Shown: positions 39,340-47,064, numbered from the stretch's first letter. The stretch is 64,000 nucleotides of DNA from a virus (IMGVR_UViG_3300037088_000361:32001-96000), one strand, 5' to 3'. A program made the numbers and translations. Notes: generated by a model from the letters alone, not told the origin.

Positions 39340-39872
39340 TGGACCCAAAAGTTTTTGAGTGCATGAAAAAACGGGGATGGCTGGACAAGAACAATAAGCC
39401 CAAGTGGCCTTTTGCCTTTGCTACTTGGTCCGAGGACATTACCGACGACGAGGGGACTATACCTGCGGAGTGCATCAAGCTGGCAATCCACTATCACTTC
39501 CACCCCTTCCATGAACCCCATGACCCATTCTTCCGCAACCAAGGTCTATCCGCTGCCACACTAGAACACTACGGGCGGAGAATGGTACGCTCCATTCCTG
39601 ATGCCTACACCTACAAAGACAACCCGTGGAACCCTTGGAAACGGTTTCCTAACCTTAACTGCCTTGAATGTCACGGAGAGGGGGGAAAACTCTCACAGAT
39701 ATATGACACTAAGGCCTTCAATTTCAAGATGTGTAAATGCATTATTGGACTGCCAGAAGGAAGAGATGGCTGCCCTAAGTGTAGGAACACCGGTAACCGT
39801 GACCTGCGTATCCTTGGAAAAGTTCCCGGAAGCTTTATAACCAAGGTTGTTGATTGTGATTGCCTGCGATGA
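39336..39872 (+). CDS. Hypothetical protein with C-terminal Zn-finger (CxxCxGxG, CxC repeats)
   Basis: CLECHGEG, CKC, CPKCRNTG and CDC motifs. Confidence 0.65.
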   Translation: MMDPKVFECMKKRGWLDKNNKPKWPFAFATWSEDITDDEGTIPAECIKLAIHYHFHPFHEPHDPFFRNQGLSAATLEHYGRRMVRSIPDAYTYKDNPWNPWKRFPNLNCLECHGEGGKLSQIYDTKAFNFKMCKCIIGLPEGRDGCPKCRNTGNRDLRILGKVPGSFITKVVDCDCLR

Positions 39873-40103
39873 GAGTATTATCCCTTGTCTGAAAAATTTT
39901 ACATATGACTAACCCACTACAAATTGACCATCAAGATTCAACTCTATCCGAAAATTCCACAGACTCCGTGAAAACCCATCTCTCCGAGAAAGTTTGCCGG
40001 TGATTTAAGATTTCCACTACCGACCTCATAGACAGCCGCACGCTATGACCACAAATTTTTCACATCACGCAAGAGGGGTTTGACAATTCAGGAGAGAGGT
40101 ACA

Positions 40104-42008
40104 ATGCCGAAGAGTATTGAAATGACACCTTTTCAACAGTATATTTATAAAAGTAAATATGCTCGGTGGCTTCCCGAGAAAAATCGTCGGGAAGATTGGC
40201 CGGAAACAGTCCACAGATACATTGACTTTATTTCTAAAAAAATCCCAGAGGACATCAGGGAAGAGACCAGCAAGGAGCTTGAAAATGCAATCCTGAACAT
40301 GGAAGTTATGCCCTCGATGCGAGCTATGATGACCGCAGGGAAAGCGGCAGAGCGCGATGAAGTCGCAATATTCAACTGTTCTTACATTGCTATTGATGAC
40401 CCGAGAGCATTTGACGAGGCTGTTTACTTATCTATGTGTGGAGTAGGGGTGGGATTTTCCGTTGAGCGCCAATGCATAAACCAACTACCTACCATTGCTG
40501 AAAACTTTTATCAAGAAGATACCACCATCAAGGTCAGGGACTCAAAAATTGGATGGGCAACAGCCTTCCGTCAATTGATAGCCTTGCTCTATGGGGGGCT
40601 TATACCAAAGTGGGACCTCAGCTCCTTGCGTCTGGCAGGTGCTTTACTTAAGACATTTGGTGGTCGGGCGTCTGGACCGGAGCCACTTGACCGTCTTTTT
40701 AAATTCACTGTTCAACTTTTCAGGAATGCCGCAGGAAGAAAACTTACCAGTATTGAATGTCATGACTTGATGTGTATGATTGCAGATGTTGTGGTCAGCG
40801 GTGGGGTAAGACGTAGCGCCTTAATTTCCTTCTCCAATCTTTCTGATGACCGTATGCGAAACGCCAAGACAGGACAGTGGTGGATTGAGAATCCTCAGCG
40901 AGCACTGGCCAACAATAGTGCAGTCTATACGGAAAGGCCAGAAATCGGGGTATTCATGCGGGAGTGGTTATCTCTTTACGAGTCCCGTTCCGGCGAGCGA
41001 GGAATATTCAATCGTGAAGCGGCTAAAAAACATATTGCCGCCGCAGGAAGACGTAAGTGGAAGGATATAGATTTCGGTGGGAATCCTTGCATGGAGATAC
41101 TTTTAAAAAGTACAGAAACTTGTAATTTGACTGAGGTTGTAACTCGTCCAAACGATACCAAGAAAATCCTTAAGGATAAGATTTACAAGGCAACCATCTT
41201 GGGAACACTCCAATCTACCTTCACTGACTTTCGGTACCTTCGTAAGGCATGGCAAAAAAACGCCGAGGAAGAACGGCTATTGGGGGTCAGCCTGACCGGA
41301 ATCATGGACAATAAGATTACATCCACCAATGATTCCCACCTTGAGGCTTTACTTGATGAGCTACGCCTATATGCTATTCAAGTCAATAAGGAGTGGGCGG
41401 AGAAGCTTGGAATAAGCCCATCGGCGGGAATAACCTGCGGAAAACCTTCCGGCACTGTGTCTAACTTGGTTAATGCCTCCCCAGGAATGCACGCTCGCCA
41501 TAGCAAGTATATTTCTCGGGCGGTACGGGAGAATCGCACAAGTCCCATCTCTGTATTTCTCAAAGCAGCAGGAGTGCCATGGGAGCCAGAAGTATCAAAA
41601 CCTAACGATGTTGATGTGTTTTATTTTCCGTTGGAGTCCCCCGAAGGGTCGGTAACTCGGGATGACCTTGCAGCGGTCCAGCAGCTTGAGGTTTACCTCA
41701 CCTACAAGCAGCATTGGACTGAACATAACCAAAGCTGCACAATTTCCGTTCGGGAGCACGAGTGGCTTGATGTGGGCTCATGGGTCTTTAATCACTTTGA
41801 CTCTATCTGCGGGGTTTCTTTCCTTCCTTTTTCCAATTCAGTATATAAGCAAGCCCCATACACTGAACTTACTGAGCAGCAGTACCTTGATGCAGTTGCC
41901 AAGATGCCGGTTATCGACTGGTCTAAGCTGGTGGAGTTTGAGAAGGAAGACCATACCACGGCTATGAAGGAATATGCGTGTTCGTCGGCAACTGGGTGTG
42001 CTTTGTAG
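40104..42008 (+). CDS. nrdJ: Class II (adenosylcobalamin-dependent) ribonucleotide reductase
   Basis: PSMR, NCSY, GGVRRSA, GNPCMEI, CNLTEV, KPSGTVS and C-terminal C..C pair; no R2 gene adjacent. Confidence 0.92.
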   Translation: MPKSIEMTPFQQYIYKSKYARWLPEKNRREDWPETVHRYIDFISKKIPEDIREETSKELENAILNMEVMPSMRAMMTAGKAAERDEVAIFNCSYIAIDDPRAFDEAVYLSMCGVGVGFSVERQCINQLPTIAENFYQEDTTIKVRDSKIGWATAFRQLIALLYGGLIPKWDLSSLRLAGALLKTFGGRASGPEPLDRLFKFTVQLFRNAAGRKLTSIECHDLMCMIADVVVSGGVRRSALISFSNLSDDRMRNAKTGQWWIENPQRALANNSAVYTERPEIGVFMREWLSLYESRSGERGIFNREAAKKHIAAAGRRKWKDIDFGGNPCMEILLKSTETCNLTEVVTRPNDTKKILKDKIYKATILGTLQSTFTDFRYLRKAWQKNAEEERLLGVSLTGIMDNKITSTNDSHLEALLDELRLYAIQVNKEWAEKLGISPSAGITCGKPSGTVSNLVNASPGMHARHSKYISRAVRENRTSPISVFLKAAGVPWEPEVSKPNDVDVFYFPLESPEGSVTRDDLAAVQQLEVYLTYKQHWTEHNQSCTISVREHEWLDVGSWVFNHFDSICGVSFLPFSNSVYKQAPYTELTEQQYLDAVAKMPVIDWSKLVEFEKEDHTTAMKEYACSSATGCAL

Positions 42009-42051
42009 TGTTGGGATTTGTGAACCATAGAATTTGGTATTAAAGGGTGCT

Positions 42052-42750
42052 ATGGAATACAATTTTAACAACTCTAAACTAATATGTGGTATCTACCGAA
42101 TCTTTCTGATTGGGACAGAACATAGTTATGTGGGTCAGGCTAAAAACATCAAGGTTAGGTGGCGGCAACACAGGTGGGGTCTGTTGAAGGGAGTAAACAG
42201 GGCTGTTAGGCTTCAAAGAGCGTGGAACAAGTACGGTGAAGACGCTTTCCAGTTTGAGATTCTTGAGGAGTGCTTGTGTGAACCTAACATTCTCCTTCTA
42301 AGAGAGCAACATTGGATGGACAAGCTTCGGGCGTATAAGGCGGGATTCAATTCTACCCCTCATGCTGGATTATCAACCTTTGGCATGCGGTTTTCTCCTT
42401 CAACAAGAAAGAAACTATCTGAAAAACGAAGAGGTAGGGTAACCTCAGAACAAACTAGATTAAGGCTTAGCCAAAAGATGAAAAATCGGGTATTTTCTGA
42501 AGAGCATTTGAGGCATTTGGCAGAAGCCGGACGGCGACGTATGTTGAATTCTCCAGACCGTAATAAACTTGGAGAATGGTCCAAGAATCATCCGCAGATA
42601 GGAGCAGCCAACGCTTTTTATGGTAAACATCATTCAGAAGAAACTAGAAAGATTATCTCGGAAAACCATATTGGTAAAAACCACTCAGAAGAAACCAAGG
42701 AGAAAATCCGGCAAGCACATTTAGCTAGAAGCACCCCCACCCTTGTTTGA
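42052..42750 (+). CDS. GIY-YIG homing endonuclease with NUMOD3 repeats
   Basis: GIYRI....SYVGQA and HSEETRK repeats; immediately downstream of nrdJ. Confidence 0.88.
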   Translation: MEYNFNNSKLICGIYRIFLIGTEHSYVGQAKNIKVRWRQHRWGLLKGVNRAVRLQRAWNKYGEDAFQFEILEECLCEPNILLLREQHWMDKLRAYKAGFNSTPHAGLSTFGMRFSPSTRKKLSEKRRGRVTSEQTRLRLSQKMKNRVFSEEHLRHLAEAGRRRMLNSPDRNKLGEWSKNHPQIGAANAFYGKHHSEETRKIISENHIGKNHSEETKEKIRQAHLARSTPTLV

Positions 42751-42772
42751 GTGTTAGAAAACGGAGGAAACA

Positions 42773-43099
42773 ATGGAAAGCATCCTCAAGTTCACAACGA
42801 CTTTTACGGACAAGACGCAGGAGGTGCAGGAGCTTCACGTGAGCGACATCCCGAATCCACAGGCATTGGACGCATTTGTCATGCAAGCGTTGAACCAGTA
42901 TGCCAACATCGGTCTGGTCAAGAAGCTGGTGCAGGAGAACAAGTATGTTCTCATCCCCTGCGGCCAGATTGCCCGTGTCGAGGTTGACTTGCCGTCGATT
43001 GCCATCGCTAGCGCCTTGGATGTCAAGGCGCTAGGGCAGGTGGCAGACCACGTTAAGCCCATGAGCCAAGCGGCAGACTATGTGCGGCGGATTTCCTAA
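42773..43099 (+). CDS. Hypothetical protein
   Basis: 108 aa, GGAGG RBS. Confidence 0.65.
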   Translation: MESILKFTTTFTDKTQEVQELHVSDIPNPQALDAFVMQALNQYANIGLVKKLVQENKYVLIPCGQIARVEVDLPSIAIASALDVKALGQVADHVKPMSQAADYVRRIS

Positions 43100-43136
43100 T
43101 CTTCGTACCAAAACCCCCTACCACACCCACCCCAAT

Positions 43137-43169
43137 ATGGACTTTAAGGAATAATTCCTTAAAGTCCAT
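43137..43169. repeat. Perfect 33-bp palindrome (16-1-16)
   Basis: ATGGACTTTAAGGAAT-A-ATTCCTTAAAGTCCAT. Confidence 0.95.
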
Positions 43170-43225
43170 CCGCACGATGTATACTATAGGTGAGTGGTAT
43201 TATATCTATCTGACGAGGTGATGCC

Positions 43226-43597
43226 TTGAAATCAATAAACGAGCCTCCCATTAAAGATTTCAGAGAAGTTGGTTTGCTGTATCCCTTTGCCTGCGACTTG
43301 GACGGAGAGAAGCACTGGCTATGCGTCAACGATATGCTGGAGATGCGCTTGTCCCATCCTTACTGGGACCCGATGGAGCACTTTCTTGACTACCTCAAGG
43401 AGCTTAACGACATTGGCGACCTCTATGAGGTCACCCTGCCCAAGCTCCGCAGGCAGCTCACACAGTCCAGTATTGTGACAGCGCAACGCAAGAAGGATGG
43501 TGTGTGCCTCCAGTGCGGTGCCAAAGGCACACCGGGGTATCCCCATTCCCGGTCTTGCAAGAATAATCCCAACAAGGACGAGGAAGACGAGTATTAG
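43226..43597 (+). CDS. Hypothetical protein
   Basis: 123 aa, GAGGTG RBS, C-terminal CxxC...H...C. Confidence 0.6.
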   Translation: MKSINEPPIKDFREVGLLYPFACDLDGEKHWLCVNDMLEMRLSHPYWDPMEHFLDYLKELNDIGDLYEVTLPKLRRQLTQSSIVTAQRKKDGVCLQCGAKGTPGYPHSRSCKNNPNKDEEDEY

Positions 43598-43620
43598 ACG
43601 ATATAATCTCAAGGAGGAAC

Positions 43621-43845
43621 ATGCGAAGATTTGCAGAAAACGACAAGGTGACATTGGTTAATTTAGGCGCTTCTTATTCCGACAAGGAATATCGGGCAAT
43701 CATCAAAGGTCTTTCCGTGGAGGAAATACTTCCTGCTGCAAGAATCTGGATTGTGGAAATGGTGGACAAGCTTGACCCGGCAACCTACGGGTATAGTCAC
43801 TGTACGATGCCTGAAGCATGTATTCGCCTCGGCTGGAAAGATTAA
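43621..43845 (+). CDS. Hypothetical protein
   Basis: 74 aa, AAGGAGG RBS. Confidence 0.6.
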   Translation: MRRFAENDKVTLVNLGASYSDKEYRAIIKGLSVEEILPAARIWIVEMVDKLDPATYGYSHCTMPEACIRLGWKD

Positions 43846-43891
43846 GGTTTCATGAAGACGAGTATTAGGTAGGAGAACCCCAAGGAGGCTT

Positions 43892-44452
43892 ATGTCCTGT
43901 GTCGTAGGAGTGGTATCTGAAGGCAAGGTGTGGATGGGGGCGGACAGTGCTGCTTCGGACGGTGAGGATATGCTTTCCCTTGTCAACCGTAAGATATTCT
44001 TCAATGGTCCCCTATTGATTGGCTGCGTCGGTTCCATCCGCATGACCCAACTTATCCAATACAAGCTTTTTGTCCCAGAACCTCCCAGTATGGTGGTCGG
44101 GGACCGTGACCTTATGAGATATATGGCCATTAGCTTCGTGGACGCCGTAAGGAAGGTATTCCAAGCCAACGACTTCTCGTTAATCCATGACGACCACTCC
44201 ACTGAGGGCGTGTCTCTCATCGGATACCGTGGTCACCTTTTTCGTATGGAGGGGGACCTCCAGATAGTGGAGAGGGTGGATGGATATGAGGCAATAGGCT
44301 GTGGGAGCCCCTACGCCCTCGGCTCCCTGTTCGAGAGCGGGAAGGAAACACCCTTCATGCGGGTGACTAACGCCCTGACCGCATCGCACCACTTCAGCGC
44401 CCACGTGCGGCCGCCGTACAAGATTATGAGCGGGGACGACATCGGTAAATAA
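43892..44452 (+). CDS. HslV/proteasome-beta-like Ntn-hydrolase peptidase
   Basis: M-S-C-V-V-G...MGADS, K.F, IG..GS and AIGCG..YA.G; N-terminal nucleophile position is Ser. Confidence 0.75.
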   Translation: MSCVVGVVSEGKVWMGADSAASDGEDMLSLVNRKIFFNGPLLIGCVGSIRMTQLIQYKLFVPEPPSMVVGDRDLMRYMAISFVDAVRKVFQANDFSLIHDDHSTEGVSLIGYRGHLFRMEGDLQIVERVDGYEAIGCGSPYALGSLFESGKETPFMRVTNALTASHHFSAHVRPPYKIMSGDDIGK

Positions 44453-44492
44453 CCGGCGCAATAAGTCAACTATAAGGCTCAGAAATAAGAAG

Positions 44493-44882
44493 TCACATAG
44501 ATTCTCCGTTGTGTTTTTTCAGATACTCTATTGCTTTCAGCAATGTTGATATATTTTCTTTGAAATTACCAATCCCAGCGTTGCAGTTCATACAAAGCAG
44601 TTCACGGGGGTTACCGGTGGTATGATTGTGGTCCCCACATAGCTTTCTTTTATCTTTGCGGCCACAGATAACACAGACCTCATTTTGTTTTTTCATCGCG
44701 TCGTTGTATAAATCTATGTTCCACCCGGTGCGTTTCAAGGAGCATATATAGTTGGCGCTGTTTTGACATTTACGACATAGAGACTGTACTTTGAAACGCC
44801 TTGTGTTGTGCTTGGTGAACTTGGTTATATCCATCTCCCCACACGAGCAGCCACGGAACTCACGGTCTATCCATTTTCCCAT
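44493..44882 (-). CDS. Endonuclease VII-like HNH protein
   Basis: QN..C.IC...L..DH.H.TG..R.LLC..CN.G.G.F.E motif. Confidence 0.85.
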   Translation of the reverse strand: MGKWIDREFRGCSCGEMDITKFTKHNTRRFKVQSLCRKCQNSANYICSLKRTGWNIDLYNDAMKKQNEVCVICGRKDKRKLCGDHNHTTGNPRELLCMNCNAGIGNFKENISTLLKAIEYLKKHNGESM

Positions 44883-44940
44883 AAAATCCTCCTACTTAGG
44901 AGATGGTAGTCAAAAAATAATCAAATTTTTTAACTTTTGG

Positions 44941-44949
44941 TGGTATTAT
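44941..44949 (+). promoter_or_regulatory. Extended -10 promoter (TGgTATTAT) for the leader/tRNA operon
   Basis: TGn plus TATTAT about 20 nt upstream of the leader ATG, in an AT-rich upstream region. Confidence 0.55.
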
Positions 44950-44969
44950 ATAGAAGTAGGGAGATTGTC

Positions 44970-45080
44970 ATGAATATGGCCACTCACATCACTCTAGGCG
45001 ACATTGAAGCAGTAGGTATAGCCGAAGCCGCCGTCGTGTGTGAGGGAGGCGATACGTCGCCTTCGGGAGGGTTGGGATAG
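44970..45080 (+). CDS. Attenuator leader peptide MNMATHITLGDIEAVGIAEAAVVCEGGDTSPSGGLG
   Basis: GGGAG RBS 6 nt upstream; codons 10-28 encode only G/D/I/E/A/V/C; overlaps alternative hairpins. Confidence 0.75.
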   Translation: MNMATHITLGDIEAVGIAEAAVVCEGGDTSPSGGLG

Positions 45081-45107
45081 AAAATCCTAATTTTGAATCC
45101 CGAAGGC
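45045..45107 (+). promoter_or_regulatory. Anti-antiterminator (45045-45064) and antiterminator (45059-45107) hairpins
   Basis: GGAGGCGA-TACG-TCGCCTTC; GCCTTCGGGA pairs perfectly with TCCCGAAGGC, with inner stem GGTTGGGAT/ATCCTAATT. Confidence 0.75.
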
Positions 45108-45138
45108 ACCTAGAAAGCTTAGGTGCCATTTTTGTTTT
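45105..45138 (+). terminator. Intrinsic terminator (attenuator) upstream of the first tRNA
   Basis: GGCACCTA-GAAAGCT-TAGGTGCC followed by ATTTTTGTTTT. Confidence 0.8.
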
Positions 45139-45149
45139 ACAGCACATTT

Positions 45150-45227
45150 GTTCCGGTGCGGCGAGTGGCTAAGCCAGTTGCCTTACAAGCAACCAATTCG
45201 GGGGTTCGAGTCCCTCCCGGAACACCA
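45150..45227 (+). tRNA. tRNA-Val(TAC)
   Basis: GTTCCGG/CCGGAAC acceptor, GTTGC-CTTACAA-GCAAC, TTCGAGT loop, CCA. Confidence 0.9.
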
Positions 45228-45238
45228 AAATTGGATAT

Positions 45239-45316
45239 GCCCCGATAGCTTAGTGGCTTCAAAGCGCCACCTTCACACGATGGAGAACACAGGTTCGAGT
45301 CCTGTTCGGGGCACCA
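45239..45316 (+). tRNA. tRNA-Val(CAC)
   Basis: GCCCCGA/TCGGGGC, loop TTCACAC, one anticodon-stem mismatch, CCA. Confidence 0.85.
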
Positions 45317-45322
45317 AGTAAG

Positions 45323-45371
45323 TCCGCTGAGGTCCAGCGGCAGGACACCGGCTCTGACACGCCGGTCAACG
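45323..45371 (+). pseudogene. 5' half of a degenerate tRNA (D-arm and anticodon-like arm; Gln CTG or Val GAC ambiguous)
   Basis: GTCC-AGCGGCA-GGAC D-arm and ACCGGC/GCCGGT stem; no T-arm or 3' acceptor strand. Confidence 0.4.
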
Positions 45372-45410
45372 TAAACAGGGGCTGCGACAATGCCCCCACA
45401 AGATTTAAGT

Positions 45411-45543
45411 CTTGCCTTGTGGCGGCGAAAGCCGCAGCAGCCTGTGGAAAGGCTGTAAATAGAGAGGCATCCAAGACTGGCTCGTCCCGTTCGATTCGGG
45501 ATATAGTGTCTCTGGGGAATAGTAGGCCAGTCCACAAGGCGAG
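45411..45543 (+). ncRNA. Unknown structured RNA
   Basis: 12-bp closing stem CTTGCCTTGTGG/CCACAAGGCGAG, GAAA tetraloop hairpin, T-loop-like TCCCG-TTCGATT-CGGGA. Confidence 0.55.
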
Positions 45544-45550
45544 TTTTTTA

Positions 45551-45628
45551 GCGGGAATAGCTCAGTTGGTAGAGCGCAACCTTGCCAAGGTTGAGGTTTC
45601 ACGGGTTCGAACCCCGTTTCCCGCTCCA
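45551..45628 (+). tRNA. tRNA-Gly(GCC)
   Basis: GCGGGAA/TTCCCGC, CAACC-TTGCCAA-GGTTG, TCCA. Confidence 0.95.
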
Positions 45629-45633
45629 AGTTT

Positions 45634-45709
45634 GGGCCTGTAGCTCATTTGGCAGAGCGCCTGTTTTGCAAGCAGGAGGCGAAGGGTTCAAATCCCTTTA
45701 GGTCCACCA
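45634..45709 (+). tRNA. tRNA-Ala(TGC)
   Basis: G3-U70, loop TTTGCAA, ACCA. Confidence 0.93.
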
Positions 45710-45713
45710 AGTT

Positions 45714-46253
45714 TTAGGCATACTTAGACATTCCTCGTGATTGTCTTCCGTTGCCTTTGTTACGACCGCAGAAAGTTGGAGTTTGGCTGGTGCAGTTAGG
45801 GCATAATAGACGTACATTGTTTGGTTTGCTGTCTCCAGCGTTTCCATCTATGTGGTCTACAACCATGGTGATGGGTTTGTCGCACCAAATAGGAGGAAGT
45901 CCACAGATTTCACATCTGTTTCCTCTTTTTTCAATGAGGATGTTACGGATGGTGCTCCTTTTGGTTACTTGACCTAACTCAAACCTTTTTACGGCCTGAG
46001 AGTAGAGCGACCCCCTACTTACCGGCTTAGGTTTCTTTGGTCTTTTGGTGTTTGTTATCGTTGCAGAGCACGAGCTAGAGCAGTAAATGTTTGTAAAGCG
46101 TTTATTGTATGAAATAGGTTCTTGACAGCATAAACATCTTTTAGGGTTGAGCAGGTACCTAGCCTCATTTTTAGCTGTTCTGCTTACATTACTGCAAGAT
46201 AGGGAACAGTAAGTGTATCTGGTTTCTCTTTTGCAGATTAAGCAGTTATTCAT
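45714..46253 (-). CDS. HNH endonuclease with Zn-binding CSxSC repeats, antisense inside the tRNA array
   Basis: CEICG...VDHIDGN..D....N.RLLCPNC.SQT motif. Confidence 0.88.
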   Translation of the reverse strand: MNNCLICKRETRYTYCSLSCSNVSRTAKNEARYLLNPKRCLCCQEPISYNKRFTNIYCSSSCSATITNTKRPKKPKPVSRGSLYSQAVKRFELGQVTKRSTIRNILIEKRGNRCEICGLPPIWCDKPITMVVDHIDGNAGDSKPNNVRLLCPNCTSQTPTFCGRNKGNGRQSRGMSKYA

Positions 46254-46263
46254 GCAGTTTTTG

Positions 46264-46338
46264 GCGGGACTGATGTTAATGGCAGCATGTCACCCTTCCA
46301 AGGTGAACGTACCGATTCGACTTCGGTGTCCCGCTCCA
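46264..46338 (+). tRNA. tRNA-Gly(TCC)
   Basis: GCGGGAC/GTCCCGC, TCACC-CTTCCAA-GGTGA, TCCA. Confidence 0.9.
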
Positions 46339-46381
46339 ACCTCCTAATTAGGGGGTCGAAAGTTAGTTTTCGTTAGGTTTT

Positions 46382-46455
46382 GCGGGTATGGTATATTGGC
46401 TGTGCCCAACCTTCCCAAGGTTGTGAAACGGATTCGATTTCCGTTACCCGCTCCA
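46382..46455 (+). tRNA. tRNA-Gly(CCC)
   Basis: GCGGGTA/TACCCGC, CAACC-TTCCCAA-GGTTG, TCCA. Confidence 0.9.
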
Positions 46456-46462
46456 AGATGTA

Positions 46463-46607
46463 GTCGCTCCAAGGGCTGTCGAAGCTGACGAGCGGCGAGG
46501 TCTCGCAAACAGGGACCCCGAGTAAGGGGGGCTGTGGTGGTCTCCCCGAAACGGGTCCCTACGTGGCGGGACCTGCGGATGACTGACCTAACCAGTCGGT
46601 TGTCCCA
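46463..46607 (+). ncRNA. Unknown structured RNA (long interrupted hairpin with AGUA/GAA loop-E-like motif)
   Basis: AGGTCTCGC/GCGGGACCT, AGGGACCC/GGGTCCCT and GGGGGGC/GTCTCCC stems, plus flanking small hairpins. Confidence 0.5.
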
Positions 46608-46616
46608 AATTTTTGT

Positions 46617-46691
46617 GGGCTCGTGGTGTAGTGGGAGCACGTATCGCTGGCAGCGATAAGGTCGGGAGTTCAAATCTCCCCGAGTCCACCA
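46617..46691 (+). tRNA. tRNA-Ala(GGC)
   Basis: G3-U70, TATCG-CTGGCAG-CGATA, ACCA. Confidence 0.9.
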
Positions 46692-46695
46692 AGTT

Positions 46696-47064
46696 TGGCT
46701 GGTAGTACTATGTCAGAGGCACCGTTATGGTGTGGGCTATCAACGGCTCATGGGTGGAATTCCCACGGGGCTACCAGCCATTATTTTATGGGCGGCGTGG
46801 TCTGTGTTGCAACACAGATGCACTAACGGGCGTGCTCCATGTACAAGGGTACGCTAAGCGTAACATGCCGCCCACCAAGTTTGCTGCTGAATAGAGAAGG
46901 CAGACGAAGTTGATTTTACTGTCCTGAGTTCAGCAGCCAAGTTTTGGCGGTCCATGCTCGCAGAGGGTGTGGGTGCTGGGTTGAGTTGGGTAAAGTAGGG
47001 GCTCCGTTTTATCAGGGTACCAAGTTCTGAGAGGAGTCAAAGCTATCCCGGCGTTACCCGCCAA
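46696..47064 (+). ncRNA. Four tandem stem-closed, CCA-ending non-tRNA RNAs (46696-46780, 46790-46877, 46883-46939, 46944-47064)
   Basis: Each has complementary 5'/3' ends and is separated by the same short A/T-rich spacer seen between the tRNAs. Confidence 0.55.

Noticed and set aside
39873-40103. Cobalamin riboswitch or NrdR boxes upstream of nrdJ
   Set aside because: No B12-box or GGGAA core recognisable; only weak NrdR-like matches.
40104-42750. Intron or intein in nrdJ
   Set aside because: The RNR is continuous and of normal length with its C-terminal cysteines; the GIY-YIG gene is free-standing downstream.
46485-46576. Hammerhead ribozyme (CTGACGA ... GAAAC)
   Set aside because: No UH cleavage triplet after the would-be stem III and no stem I. 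The flanks pair better in an alternative long hairpin.
45137-46673. Track ORFs overlapping the tRNAs (e.g. 45137-45535, 45405-45629, 46344-46673)
   Set aside because: They are shadow frames of structured RNA genes.
45317-47064. tRNA-associated HDV-like (theta) ribozymes
   Set aside because: I could not build the nested double pseudoknot directly after any tRNA 3' end by eye. A motif search is needed to exclude this fully.
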